From Candidatus Magasanikiibacteriota bacterium (lineage in GTDB: Bacteria > Patescibacteriota > Patescibacteriia > Magasanikbacterales > GWA2-37-8), in contig JAPLWQ010000003.1 of the NCBI GenBank assembly GCA_026396515.1, forward strand, positions 99,569-163,568: a stretch of 64,000 nucleotides of DNA, in the 5' to 3' direction. Position numbers and translations under genes: made by a program. Position 1 is the stretch's first letter. Each line of letters starts with the position of its first letter. Under the pieces are notes generated by a model that worked only from the letters and a program-made list of their open reading frames with translations, ran no database searches and was not told where the DNA came from. Positions 55,286 to 64,000 of this stretch are shown here, piece after piece.

Positions 55286-55681
55286 ATGTTGCGCGTCCCA
55301 CCCTCTGAACTCCGCGTCACATTTTCCCGATCATCCGGCGCGGGCGGGCAGAACGTGAACAAGACCTCAACCAAAGTAATCGTGCATTGGCCGGTGGGCC
55401 GTTCTCGGGTTTTGACGGCGGAAGAAAAGGCGCGGGTGCGGATAAAATTGGCGAGCCGGATAAATATTAATGATGAGGTGGCGGTGAAGTCAGAAGAGGA
55501 GCGGTCGCAGCCGCAGAATCGCGCGCTGGCCGTGGCTCGTTTACAGGCGTTGGTGGCGCGTGCATTGCAGGTGCCGAAGAAACGCCGGCCGACCAAGCCG
55601 ACCCGGGCGTCCAAATTGCGCCGACAGGAAGTTAAAATACACAGGTCGCGGGCAAAGGCATCCCGGAAAAATATCGAATAA
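55286..55681 (+). CDS. arfB: Alternative ribosome-rescue peptidyl-tRNA hydrolase ArfB
   Basis: FSRSSGAGGQNVNK, RSQ..NR, PKKRRPTKP basic tail. Confidence 0.92.
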   Translation: MLRVPPSELRVTFSRSSGAGGQNVNKTSTKVIVHWPVGRSRVLTAEEKARVRIKLASRININDEVAVKSEEERSQPQNRALAVARLQALVARALQVPKKRRPTKPTRASKLRRQEVKIHRSRAKASRKNIE

Positions 55682-55688
55682 AATATTT

Positions 55689-56378
55689 ATGAAAAAAACA
55701 GCTATATTTGACATAGACGGAACAATATTCCGTTCCAGCTTGCTCATAGAGATAACCGAAGCCCTGGTCCAGGAGGGTTTGTTTCCGGTTGCGGCGAGAA
55801 GCGGATACGCCAAGGCGTATAAAAAATGGTCGGACCGCAAGGGTTCTTATGAAAAATATATTGATGCGGTCATAGTGGTATATGTTAAATACATAAAAGG
55901 GGTGTCGCGTGTTGATTTTATGAAGGTGGCAAAAAAAGTCGGATATTTCCACAAGAACCGGGTTTACCGCTACACGCGTAAGCTAGTAAAGGATTTGAAG
56001 AATAAAAATTATTTTCTTTTGGCCATTTCCGGTTCGCCATATGAGATGGTGGAAGAGTTTTGCCGGGGATGGGGATTTGATAAAGTTTACGGCCGGGTTT
56101 TTGAAGTTGATAAGAAAGGAAAATTCACGGGTAAAGTGCTGCGTTCTGACCTGATTGCCGATAAGGAAAAAATATTAAAGCGGGCGGTGAAAAAAGAGGG
56201 TTTAAGTTTGGCCGGCTCTGTCGGCGTAGGGGATTCGGAAACGGATATCGCATTTTTGAAAATGGTGAAGCGTCCGGTTTGTTTTAATCCCAACGGAAAA
56301 CTTTACGCACACGCCAAGCGCGTTGGTTGGCCGGTGGTGGTGGAACGCAAGGACGTAGTGTACAATATAATTAAATGA
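55689..56378 (+). CDS. HAD-IB family phosphatase (SerB-like)
   Basis: AIFDIDGT, AISGS, K, GVGDSETD, FNP; start ATG 55689. Confidence 0.88.
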   Translation: MKKTAIFDIDGTIFRSSLLIEITEALVQEGLFPVAARSGYAKAYKKWSDRKGSYEKYIDAVIVVYVKYIKGVSRVDFMKVAKKVGYFHKNRVYRYTRKLVKDLKNKNYFLLAISGSPYEMVEEFCRGWGFDKVYGRVFEVDKKGKFTGKVLRSDLIADKEKILKRAVKKEGLSLAGSVGVGDSETDIAFLKMVKRPVCFNPNGKLYAHAKRVGWPVVVERKDVVYNIIK

Positions 56379-56390
56379 TTTTTTTATCAT

Positions 56391-56582
56391 ATGACCACGG
56401 GAAAAAAGGTTCTGCTGGCAATAATAGTCGTGTTCGTCGTTTTAGTCGTCGGTTTTCTGGTTTTTTACCGGATGAAGGTAAACGAATTGAAGCGCGCGCA
56501 GGCAGAACTTAATCAACAGAGTGCGGAAGCTTTTAATATTTGGTGGGAACAGCAAGAGGCCCTGAAAGCAAAGAAGAAATAA
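56391..56582 (+). CDS. Small single-TM protein
   Basis: 63 aa with N-terminal hydrophobic helix. Confidence 0.55.
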   Translation: MTTGKKVLLAIIVVFVVLVVGFLVFYRMKVNELKRAQAELNQQSAEAFNIWWEQQEALKAKKK

Positions 56583-56600
56583 TTATTTTTCAACGCCATT

Positions 56601-56626
56601 AGATTCCCGCCTTCGCGAGAATGACA
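56601..56626 (+). repeat. dRS3/REP-like palindromic element
   Basis: AGATTCCCGCCTTCGCGAGAATGACA, one mismatch from ATTCCC-N8-GGGAAT-GAC. Confidence 0.6.
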
Positions 56627-56643
56627 AATAATTTTTTAATCAT

Positions 56644-56865
56644 ATGTGTTTCAAGAAAAAATTAACGCCGATGTATCTCCTTAAAAATATTTCCACTGTT
56701 ATCGGCTTTGTGCTGGTCTGGCGAGGTGTTTGGTATGCCCTCGATTGGTTGGATTGGCGATTGCTTGGCGGCAGCCACATTTGGTCGACACTGGGCGGTA
56801 TTGTTCTCGGCCTTTTACTATTGTATTGGCCGGACAAAGATTTGAGGAAGATCGAGAATTTATGA
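56644..56865 (+). CDS. Small two-TM protein
   Basis: G.VL.WRG.W..LD motif; overlaps the next start. Confidence 0.6.
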   Translation: MCFKKKLTPMYLLKNISTVIGFVLVWRGVWYALDWLDWRLLGGSHIWSTLGGIVLGLLLLYWPDKDLRKIENL

Positions 56866-57647
56866 TTGAAGTTAAAAATTTAACGAAAAAATTTGACGAT
56901 TTCGTGGCGGTGGATAATATCTCGTTTCAAGTTAAGGAAGGGGAGATATTTGCATTTCTTGGGCCCAATGGCGCGGGAAAATCTACCACCATCAAAATGT
57001 TGACCACACTTTTGGCACCGACTACCGGCACAATGACTTTGAACGGCCACGATCCGGTTCGCGAGCCGTCGGCCGTGCGTCGTTCGTTCGGCATCGTTTT
57101 TCAGGACCCGAGTCTGGACGACGAGCTGACCGCTTATGAAAACATGGAATTTCACGGCGTGCTTTATGATGTGCCGGATAAATTGCGCCGTGAAAGAATT
57201 GAATACTTGCTCAAATTCGTTGAGTTGTGGGACCGGCGTGATAATTTGGTAAAAGAATTTTCCGGCGGTATGAAGCGCCGGTTGGAAATCGCCCGCGGGC
57301 TTTTGCATCATCCCAAAATTTTCTTCTTGGACGAGCCGACTCTCGGACTCGACCCGCAAACCCGAAATTCTCTGTGGAATCATCTGAAAGAACTTAACAA
57401 AAACGAAAAGACAACAATATTTTTTACCACGCATTACATGGAAGAGGCAGAGCGCATTGCCGACCGTATCGCCATTATTGACCACGGCAAGATTATCGCT
57501 TCCGGCACGGCAGAGGAATTGAAACAAAAAACAAATACCGGTTCGCTTGAAGACGCGTTTTTATCTTTAACCGGTAAGAGTATTCGTGAAGAATCCGCCA
57601 GTCCAAACGACCACATGCGGACAATGCGCCGGGCGCATGGCCATTAA
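56862..57647 (+). CDS. DrrA-like ABC exporter ATP-binding protein
   Basis: LGPNGAGKST, FSGGMKRRLEIARG, LDEPTLGLD, TTHYMEEA; start ATG 56862. Confidence 0.92.
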   Translation: MIEVKNLTKKFDDFVAVDNISFQVKEGEIFAFLGPNGAGKSTTIKMLTTLLAPTTGTMTLNGHDPVREPSAVRRSFGIVFQDPSLDDELTAYENMEFHGVLYDVPDKLRRERIEYLLKFVELWDRRDNLVKEFSGGMKRRLEIARGLLHHPKIFFLDEPTLGLDPQTRNSLWNHLKELNKNEKTTIFFTTHYMEEAERIADRIAIIDHGKIIASGTAEELKQKTNTGSLEDAFLSLTGKSIREESASPNDHMRTMRRAHGH

Positions 57648-57656
57648 TTGACCCCT

Positions 57657-58403
57657 ATGAAAAAGATTTACATTCTGTGGCTCAGACAAATTAAAAGATA
57701 CTTGCGCTCCAAATCGCGCATCGTCGGTTCACTTGCCCAACCCCTGCTTTTTTTGCTTGCCCTGGGTTATGGTTTCGGTTCGGTGTATCAAAAGGCGGGC
57801 GAGGGGAATTATCTGAATTTTTTGGCGCCGGGCATTATCGGCATGAGTATCTTATTCACTTCTGTTTTTTCCGGTATGGAGGTTATCTGGGACAGGCAAT
57901 TCGGATTTCTGAAAGAAACGCTTGTCGCGCCGATGTCCCGATTTAGTATTATGATCGGCCGCACTTTGGGCGGGGCGACCGTGGCCACTTTGCAGGGCGT
58001 GTTGGTGATGCTTATCTCAATTCTTTTCGGCTTTCATCCGGCGAGCTGGTTTGCCCTTCTGCCGGCTGTTTTTATTATGTTTTTGACCGCCCTGCTTTTT
58101 ACTTCGCTCGGCACCATGATTGCCTCGTTTCTTGATGATATGCAGGGATTCCAGCTGATCATGAATTTTTTGGTGATGCCGTTGTTTTTTCTATCGGGCG
58201 CGCTATTCCCACTGCAGGGTTTGCCTACTGCATTGGGCATTATTGCGCGGATTGATCCGCTTTCTTATGGTATCGACGCTCTACGCGGTTTGCTTATCAA
58301 TGCCGGGCATTATGGTTTGGGGATGGATATTTTAGTGCTTGGCGCAGTTACTTTGCTGTTTTTGTCATTAGGCAGTTATTTTTTCAAGAAAGTTCAAATT
58401 TAA
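57657..58403 (+). CDS. DrrB-like ABC-2 permease
   Basis: WDRQFGFLKETLVAP, FFLSGALFP, DPLSYGIDALR; six TM helices. Confidence 0.9.
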   Translation: MKKIYILWLRQIKRYLRSKSRIVGSLAQPLLFLLALGYGFGSVYQKAGEGNYLNFLAPGIIGMSILFTSVFSGMEVIWDRQFGFLKETLVAPMSRFSIMIGRTLGGATVATLQGVLVMLISILFGFHPASWFALLPAVFIMFLTALLFTSLGTMIASFLDDMQGFQLIMNFLVMPLFFLSGALFPLQGLPTALGIIARIDPLSYGIDALRGLLINAGHYGLGMDILVLGAVTLLFLSLGSYFFKKVQI

Positions 58404-58407
58404 CCGT

Positions 58408-59064
58408 ATGAATGATAATTTGCCTTCTGAGACAACGCCGGGCAAAAAAATAATTTTTAAAGACATCACCCTTTCTATAGCGGCCGGGTTGGGTTTATTT
58501 TTTGTCAGTTTGTTTATCAACTACTGGGCCGGAACCTACGCCTCCTTGCGCGCGAGTAATGTGGTAAGTGACATAATACTTGATAATATTCCGGTGTTTG
58601 ATGTGGGCGGAATTTTTGTCTATGGCTTTGCGGCTTTTCTGATACTTCTCGGCTGGTTGATGGTACGAAAACCAGAGCGGGCGCCGTTTATGTTGAAAAG
58701 CTTGAGTATCTTTATTTTAATTCGTTCCTTTTTCATTATTCTAACGCACATTGGCCCGATACCGCAGACTGCAGCAGAATCGTTTAACGCGATTGTCAGT
58801 AAATTCACTTTTACCGGCGATTTATTTTTTTCCGCCCACACCGGACTGCCATTTTTAATGGCGCTTGTTTTTTGGAAGAATAAAATTCTGCGGAACGTCT
58901 TTATCGCCCTATCGATTTTTTTCGGCATTGTGGTTTTGCTGGGGCACCTTCATTATTCCATCGACGTATTCGCCGCCTTCTTTATCACTTTCGGCATATT
59001 TCATATTGCCGTCCGATTATTTAAAAAGGATTATGATTTACTGATTGGCCGTGATGTGGTATAA
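58408..59064 (+). CDS. PAP2 / sphingomyelin-synthase-like membrane phosphotransferase
   Basis: D.ILD..P, GDLFFSAHT and HYSIDV motifs; multiple TM helices. Confidence 0.75.
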   Translation: MNDNLPSETTPGKKIIFKDITLSIAAGLGLFFVSLFINYWAGTYASLRASNVVSDIILDNIPVFDVGGIFVYGFAAFLILLGWLMVRKPERAPFMLKSLSIFILIRSFFIILTHIGPIPQTAAESFNAIVSKFTFTGDLFFSAHTGLPFLMALVFWKNKILRNVFIALSIFFGIVVLLGHLHYSIDVFAAFFITFGIFHIAVRLFKKDYDLLIGRDVV

Positions 59065-59113
59065 TTAGTTTACGTTATTTAATTATTAGAATTTATTTTT
59101 TAACCATATTTAT

Positions 59114-59656
59114 ATGGAAAACAAGGGGGATAAAAAAATCGTCGGTCATAAGTGCGGTATGAATTGCTCGTGCGCCTGGACAAAATTGTCCTGGGGCCAC
59201 CTGTTGCTCAAGATTTTTTTGGCATTGGTGATGATCGCGCTCGCTTTAGCCATTTCAATGGCAGTATTCTACAAGCTCGGACACGGCGGGAAGAGCGAAA
59301 GCAAACGCCTTGGCGTGATGCGCGGACAAGTTAGTACTCAAGCTTGCTTTGGAGAAGAAAAGGGCGGGGGAGTAATAATGATGGGCGGCGGCAATATGGC
59401 TTTTAAGGCAGGTAAAGAGGTGCCAGCCATGCCGGAGAGGACTTATGGCAATATTACCAAAATAGAGGCAAATCAGATTACGGTTAAGAATAACGCGGCG
59501 CAAGATCAGATTATATTGTCTTTAGCGGATACGGTGATTGTTTCATCAACCGTTGAAGTGGGATTGGCTTCTTTGCAGGTCGGACAAAACATTATTGTTT
59601 ATGGCTCGCCTGATAAAGATAAAAAATTGGAGGCGAAATTGATACAGATACAGTAA
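59114..59656 (+). CDS. Membrane-anchored protein with a C-terminal DUF5666-like OB domain
   Basis: One TM; 'GNITKIE..QITV...LQVGQNIIVYG...LEAKLIQI'. Confidence 0.6.
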   Translation: MENKGDKKIVGHKCGMNCSCAWTKLSWGHLLLKIFLALVMIALALAISMAVFYKLGHGGKSESKRLGVMRGQVSTQACFGEEKGGGVIMMGGGNMAFKAGKEVPAMPERTYGNITKIEANQITVKNNAAQDQIILSLADTVIVSSTVEVGLASLQVGQNIIVYGSPDKDKKLEAKLIQIQ

Positions 59657-59671
59657 ATAATAATTGAGAAG

Positions 59672-59698
59672 TCCCCGGTGAATAACCGGGGATTTTTT
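59672..59698 (+). terminator. Intrinsic terminator
   Basis: TCCCCGGT-GAATA-ACCGGGGA-TTTTTT. Confidence 0.8.
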
Positions 59699-59804
59699 AT
59701 TGCCGACCTATTAATATTGATATTTTCCAATATTTGTGCTATGTTCTCCATGAGAGGGGTCCGACACTGACACAGCCGAACATTGACAAAGAAAGGATAA
59801 AACA

Positions 59805-60797
59805 ATGCGCGTAAAGTTCTATGGCACACGCGGTTCAACCGCGATTTGCCGAAAGGACGCCGTGGAATATGGTGGCAACACCACCTGCCTGCGGCTGCTC
59901 TCGGAGTTCCTGCCGGAGGGCTGGGCTTTGCTTATCGACACGGGCACCGGGTTCGTGGAGGCGAGCAAGGACTTGCTCAAGGAAGGCATCATGAAGGTTG
60001 CCGTGCTCTTCACGCACTGGCACCACGACCACACCGCAGGGCTCCTGCTCGCGCCCCATACCCACATCCCGTCCGCGGAGTTCAAGATCTGGGGTCCGGA
60101 AGAACACGGTCAGAATCCCGAGGACGTGATCTCTGGTCTCATGCGCGAGCCGGTCTTCCCGGTGAACTTCCAGAAGCTGCGCCACCGCTTCAAGCTGCAT
60201 TCGCTCAAGCACATCGGTACGCAGGTGCTGGTTATCCACCCGGAAGCCGGTTTCCACCTCCTGCCCGTGCACGTGTACGAGAAGGCGGCCAAGGAAGGCC
60301 TCAAGCTCGCGCTCGGTAAGGGCCGGTACGGCATCTTCGAGTGCCTGGTGGTGAAAATGCTCAAGACCGCCCACCCGGAGTACACGGTTTCGTACCGGTT
60401 CGAGGAATCGCCGCCCGACGGAGAAGTGTTCGTCTTCCTGACCGACCACGAGAACACGGATGGCATCCCGGCCGACCTGGTGCGCCACGTGCACAAAGCC
60501 GACCTCCTGGTGCAGGATTGCCAGTACACCCGCGAGGTGTACGACAAGAGGACAGCCGGGTTCGGTCACGGCACGCCCGACTACTGTGTGAAGCTCGCGC
60601 TCCGCGCCGAGGTGAAGTGGCTCGGGTTGACACACCATGATCCGGGCGCAAGCGACAAGGTCGTGGATGAGATCGTGGAAGAAGCGTTTGCGGAGCTGAC
60701 GAAGGGCAGGGCCGTGGACGACTACGACCCGCTTCCTTTCGACATCTTCGCCTGCGCCGACTACGAGGAGGTTGATGTCGTCCGTAGGGAAGACTAA
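59805..60797 (+). CDS. MBL-fold metallo-hydrolase (RNase Z/phosphodiesterase-like)
   Basis: GTRGS, YGGNTTC, IDTGTG, THWHHDH, TDHE, DCQY, GHGT, HHDP; conspicuously GC-rich. Confidence 0.88.
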   Translation: MRVKFYGTRGSTAICRKDAVEYGGNTTCLRLLSEFLPEGWALLIDTGTGFVEASKDLLKEGIMKVAVLFTHWHHDHTAGLLLAPHTHIPSAEFKIWGPEEHGQNPEDVISGLMREPVFPVNFQKLRHRFKLHSLKHIGTQVLVIHPEAGFHLLPVHVYEKAAKEGLKLALGKGRYGIFECLVVKMLKTAHPEYTVSYRFEESPPDGEVFVFLTDHENTDGIPADLVRHVHKADLLVQDCQYTREVYDKRTAGFGHGTPDYCVKLALRAEVKWLGLTHHDPGASDKVVDEIVEEAFAELTKGRAVDDYDPLPFDIFACADYEEVDVVRRED

Positions 60798-60927
60798 ACC
60801 GTAGCGCACAAGAACATGTCAATTTAGGCTGAACAAGGAAAGGGCCCCTCTCACCCTTTCCTTTTTTTTGACTCTGACCTGCGCGAGGCGGTATAATTAT
60901 AAGGTGTTTATAAATTATTAAATAAAT

Positions 60928-61332
60928 ATGGCCAGTAACACTACCTTCACATGGTATCAATCGCTTATCAAGCCGTCATGGGCTCCGCCGTCGTGGCTGT
61001 TCGGTCCGGTTTGGACATTATTGTATGTTTTGATCGCTGTTTCTTTCGGTTCGGTGTTTTGGATGGCGTTTAATAAAAAAATTGCGCTGTTGGTTGCTCT
61101 ACCGTTTATTTTAAATCTTATTTTTAATTTGGTTTTTTCTCCGATTCAGTTCGGTCTGCAAAATAATTATCTGGCCGCTTTGGATATTTTGCTTATTCTC
61201 GGCACGCTTATTTGGGCGATGATTGCCATTTTTCCGCACGCCCACTGGATTACATATATTCAAATTCCTTATCTGCTCTGGGTATCTTTCGCCACAATTT
61301 TGCAACTGACGGTCACTTTTTTGAACCGATAA
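60928..61332 (+). CDS. tspO: TspO/MBR tryptophan-rich sensory protein
   Basis: WYQSLIKPSWAPPSWLFGPVWTLLY; PYLLWVSFAT. Confidence 0.9.
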   Translation: MASNTTFTWYQSLIKPSWAPPSWLFGPVWTLLYVLIAVSFGSVFWMAFNKKIALLVALPFILNLIFNLVFSPIQFGLQNNYLAALDILLILGTLIWAMIAIFPHAHWITYIQIPYLLWVSFATILQLTVTFLNR

Positions 61333-61335
61333 AGC

Positions 61336-61575
61336 ATGTACTACGTCTATATCTTAAAATGCGCCGATAAAACTTTGTATACCGGCATCACGGTAGATTT
61401 GGTTCGGCGGGTGAGAGAGCACAACTCATCAAAGCTCGGCGCGAAATATACCCGGGCGCGCCGTCCGGTAAAATTGGTTTATTCAAAAAAGTATCGCAAC
61501 CGGTCGTTGGCTTCAAAAGCGGAGAGCAGAATAAAAAATTTAACAAGAACAGAAAAATTAAAACTTATTAAATAA
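61336..61575 (+). CDS. GIY-YIG nuclease family protein (YhbQ/UPF0213)
   Basis: YYVYIL.C.D.TLYTGIT.DL.RR..EHN...GAKYT..RRPV. Confidence 0.9.
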   Translation: MYYVYILKCADKTLYTGITVDLVRRVREHNSSKLGAKYTRARRPVKLVYSKKYRNRSLASKAESRIKNLTRTEKLKLIK

Positions 61576-61580
61576 TTTTT

Positions 61581-62153
61581 ATGCCCAAGAGGATTCTTTT
61601 TGGAGCGGTGGCCCTCATGATGGCCATGACATTTGCCGGTGCCGGGTGCGGTGGCCCGGGTGGTGCAGGCCCGGACGCGGATAAGCCGTCCGGCAAGAGT
61701 GGGAAGTCGGAAATGCAGGAGGTATGTAAATATTTCCCCAAGGAGTTGGTGGAAGAGGCAATCGGCCGGCCGATTGTGAAAGTGGAGGATAACAGCATCG
61801 CGGAGGATTTTATCTGCAATTATTACACCGTTTGGAGCGAAACATATGACCATACTCCGTACGGCGACAAACCGGGAGGCGCTCCGGTTGTGGTGGTGCT
61901 CGAAGAGGACACCAGCGTGACGGCAAACAAGGCGGATCTTGATAAATACGGATATACCTACAAAAAAGATGACAGTTTGCCGGTTGATAATCTGATGTTT
62001 TATTCCCGGGGTGCTAAAACGCCTTATCGTGTGGATTTGATTGTGAATGAAACCAGATTTTTCCGGATAAATACGGTGCACTCCGCAGTGACCGATGAAG
62101 AAATAGTAAAAATCGGCAAGCGTTTTGCCGAGAGAATGGCAAATGGAAAATAA
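61581..62153 (+). CDS. Hypothetical lipoprotein
   Basis: Signal peptide with GAGC lipobox. Confidence 0.65.
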   Translation: MPKRILFGAVALMMAMTFAGAGCGGPGGAGPDADKPSGKSGKSEMQEVCKYFPKELVEEAIGRPIVKVEDNSIAEDFICNYYTVWSETYDHTPYGDKPGGAPVVVVLEEDTSVTANKADLDKYGYTYKKDDSLPVDNLMFYSRGAKTPYRVDLIVNETRFFRINTVHSAVTDEEIVKIGKRFAERMANGK

Positions 62154-62160
62154 TAAATGA

Positions 62161-62192
62161 AAAAAATAACCCCCGGTTTTTGGCCGGGGGTT
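62161..62192. terminator. Terminator between convergent genes
   Basis: AAAAAATAACCCCCGG-loop-CCGGGGGTT. Confidence 0.65.
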
Positions 62193-62223
62193 GGATGCTG
62201 ACAGAGGAAAAAAGGGGGGCTGA

Positions 62224-63315
62224 CTAGCGGTGATGCAGAGCGTCGATGTAGACGGTTTGCATGTACTGCGTTTTTAACGCATGCAGCATCGGTCCGCTGG
62301 AGCCGGGATTCTGTTTTTCTAACAGCCGGAAGATAGCGTCGATCCCTAAGCAGGTCTGCCGGAATGAAGCCTCGTGCTTTGATATCGGCGTTGACTTGTA
62401 GGCACCATCGAGCGCGGTGTTGTAAGTATTGTCTATCTCGATCATCTGATTTGTGCCTTCACCCCGCAACGAATTGCCAAGTTTCTGAACTTCGGCGTCA
62501 AGAATTTTTTGATATTCCTGGCCGCCGATTTTTTGTGTCAGACGGTTCTGAAATTCGTGCACATCGACTTCGCGGCTGGCGTATATGGCGGGGTTCGACG
62601 CGTCGTATCGATTTTCACCATAGACCTTGGCGTGCATTCCCTCGTGTAAAAACACCAGACCGCGCGAAATCTTGCCCAACAGTTCAGGGTAGATGACCAT
62701 CACCCGGATTTCGGGTATATATTGGGCGCCAGCCGAGACGCTGTGAATCTTTTGGTCCAGGCCGGGAATTTTTTTGATGTCGTCCTCGGTGATGATGTCC
62801 AGGCCGGTGGGAGTTGTTTTCCCCTCGGCCGTTTCCAGAATCCGCATAGTGGAAGCGCTTTCCGGCCTCATCAGATAGGTGTTGGCGCGCAAGAAATCGA
62901 TAATCTCCCGAGCTTGCGGATCGCCGGTAATCTTTGCAACTTCCTCGGCGCTTTCCATCCACTCGGTTCTCAGCTTATCGCGTTCCCGCCGGTCGGCTTC
63001 AAGTTGTTTCGGATCGGTCTCCGGGCTGTCCTTTGTCGGCGAGAACCAGCGCGGAGCGACCTGCTTCATGCCTTTCAGGGCGGCTTTGTCGTGGTCGCTC
63101 AGCTCCTGAGGCGAGGCGGCAGCGGTCCTTTTCGTGGCCGCGGGCTGTTCCCGCTTGGTGCTGATTGCTGCGGCTATCAGGACCAAAGCAATGATTGTGA
63201 TGAGGATGTAGGGCAGTTTTGAGCGCCTTCGATCTCTAAGCGATGATTCCAGAGTTCGCCTGGACGGGCGGAAAGCGGTTTTCCTTTTTGCGACCTTGTT
63301 CTTTTTCGGTTTCAT
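62224..63315 (-). CDS. Membrane-anchored hypothetical protein with HExxH motif
   Basis: Basic N-terminus, one TM helix, VFLHEGMHA...E; GAGG RBS. Confidence 0.65.
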   Translation of the reverse strand: MKPKKNKVAKRKTAFRPSRRTLESSLRDRRRSKLPYILITIIALVLIAAAISTKREQPAATKRTAAASPQELSDHDKAALKGMKQVAPRWFSPTKDSPETDPKQLEADRRERDKLRTEWMESAEEVAKITGDPQAREIIDFLRANTYLMRPESASTMRILETAEGKTTPTGLDIITEDDIKKIPGLDQKIHSVSAGAQYIPEIRVMVIYPELLGKISRGLVFLHEGMHAKVYGENRYDASNPAIYASREVDVHEFQNRLTQKIGGQEYQKILDAEVQKLGNSLRGEGTNQMIEIDNTYNTALDGAYKSTPISKHEASFRQTCLGIDAIFRLLEKQNPGSSGPMLHALKTQYMQTVYIDALHHR

Positions 63316-63445
63316 TTCGGCCTCTTTTCTCTGTCTATGCTGTCAAGGTACGGCTTCGTTTTTGTGACCAATTAAATTAGCACATCTGATGGGATGTGTC
63401 AATACAAAACACCCCGATTTAAGGGGTGTTTGAGCTCCGGTGTTT

Positions 63446-63607
63446 TTATTTCAATCCAATTTTTTTGCGGATTTTGTCCATTTTGAATTCGTCAGTTTTT
63501 TTCTTCATTTTAATGTGGTATTTTTTTACGCGTTTATTTAGCTCAGCTATTTCTTTGTTGAGCTTCTTGGCGTCTTCCAGAAGTAATTTATATGAATCTT
63601 TCGGCAT
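63446..63607 (-). CDS. Small Lys-rich coiled-coil protein (53 aa; not in the ORF track)
   Basis: MPKDSYKLLLEDAKKLNKEIAELNKRVKK...IRKKIGLK read manually; AT-rich start context. Confidence 0.45.
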   Translation of the reverse strand: MPKDSYKLLLEDAKKLNKEIAELNKRVKKYHIKMKKKTDEFKMDKIRKKIGLK

Positions 63608-63706
63608 AATTAGTCAATTGATTATGGATGAAATTATTATAGCAGATAATTGACTGGGCGGCAATCGAATGTTAATATATGTGTAATAAACTACTAATAT
63701 TTTCTT

Positions 63707-64000
63707 ATGAATGGCGAAAGTGCAAAAGATAAATTCGCGCGAATTAAAGCCGAACAAGAAGCTAAAAAGAAAGAGGCCGCTGCCGAAACGGCAAGAATGG
63801 CGGCTGAAAAAATGGAAGCGGCGAAAACAGATGTGGAAAAGGTCAGAGCTGAGTTTTTGGAGAATGCTGAAAAGGCGGAGGCTTTAAGAGTTGATATTGA
63901 GGGGTGTGAGACGGAGGATACTTCAAGTTGGGATGAAGAGGCTAAAGCCTCAGCTAAGGAGATTGTTGACGGTATGAAGGCGGAAGAGATGGCTCTGCTT
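63707..64000 (+). CDS. Coiled-coil hypothetical protein (3' partial)
   Basis: MNGESAKDKFARIKAEQEAKKKEAAAE... open to the window end. Confidence 0.6.
   Translation, partial: MNGESAKDKFARIKAEQEAKKKEAAAETARMAAEKMEAAKTDVEKVRAEFLENAEKAEALRVDIEGCETEDTSSWDEEAKASAKEIVDGMKAEEMALL

Noticed and set aside
59835-60960. Long antisense and alternative-frame ORFs over the MBL gene
   Set aside because: Expected shadows of a GC-rich gene with strong codon bias; no motifs.

Overview
Chromosomal window from a Patescibacteria (CPR/Parcubacteria-like) bacterium. This assignment is an inference from the gene content, AT-rich Shine-Dalgarno-less starts and the CPR-typical hypothetical proteins. Genetic code 11 fits. 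1-29 kb is mostly core or envelope genes: corA, tsaB-like, GT2, DUF4012, mreB, a MoxR AAA+/vWA module, GT4, holB, frr, glyQS, M16 peptidase, tpiA, a tRNA-Thr/Thr/Tyr-rpmG-tRNA-Trp cluster, an ECF sigma-MacAB operon and superoxide reductase. 29.6-53 kb is accessory: a kinase-less 7TM sensor plus GNAT, a tandemly duplicated receiver/unknown-gene cassette, a lexA-dinB-Pif1 SOS locus bracketed by BoxC-like repeats, and a defence island (DpnA-like MTase + unknown gene, PLD-SNF2 helicase + type IIG-like MTase, HNH-DGQHK protein). 53-64 kb holds assorted housekeeping and transport genes. The top observation is at the tRNA-Trp locus after rpmG. The resident tRNA-Trp gene is split, with its 5' part and its 3' acceptor strand still visible. 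Between them lies a ~0.6 kb cassette with its own promoter, a zinc-finger HNH endonuclease gene and a complete, sequence-divergent replacement tRNA-Trp(CCA). This looks like an intron-less 'tRNA-replacing' homing element. All product calls come from motif recognition only; no database searches were run.
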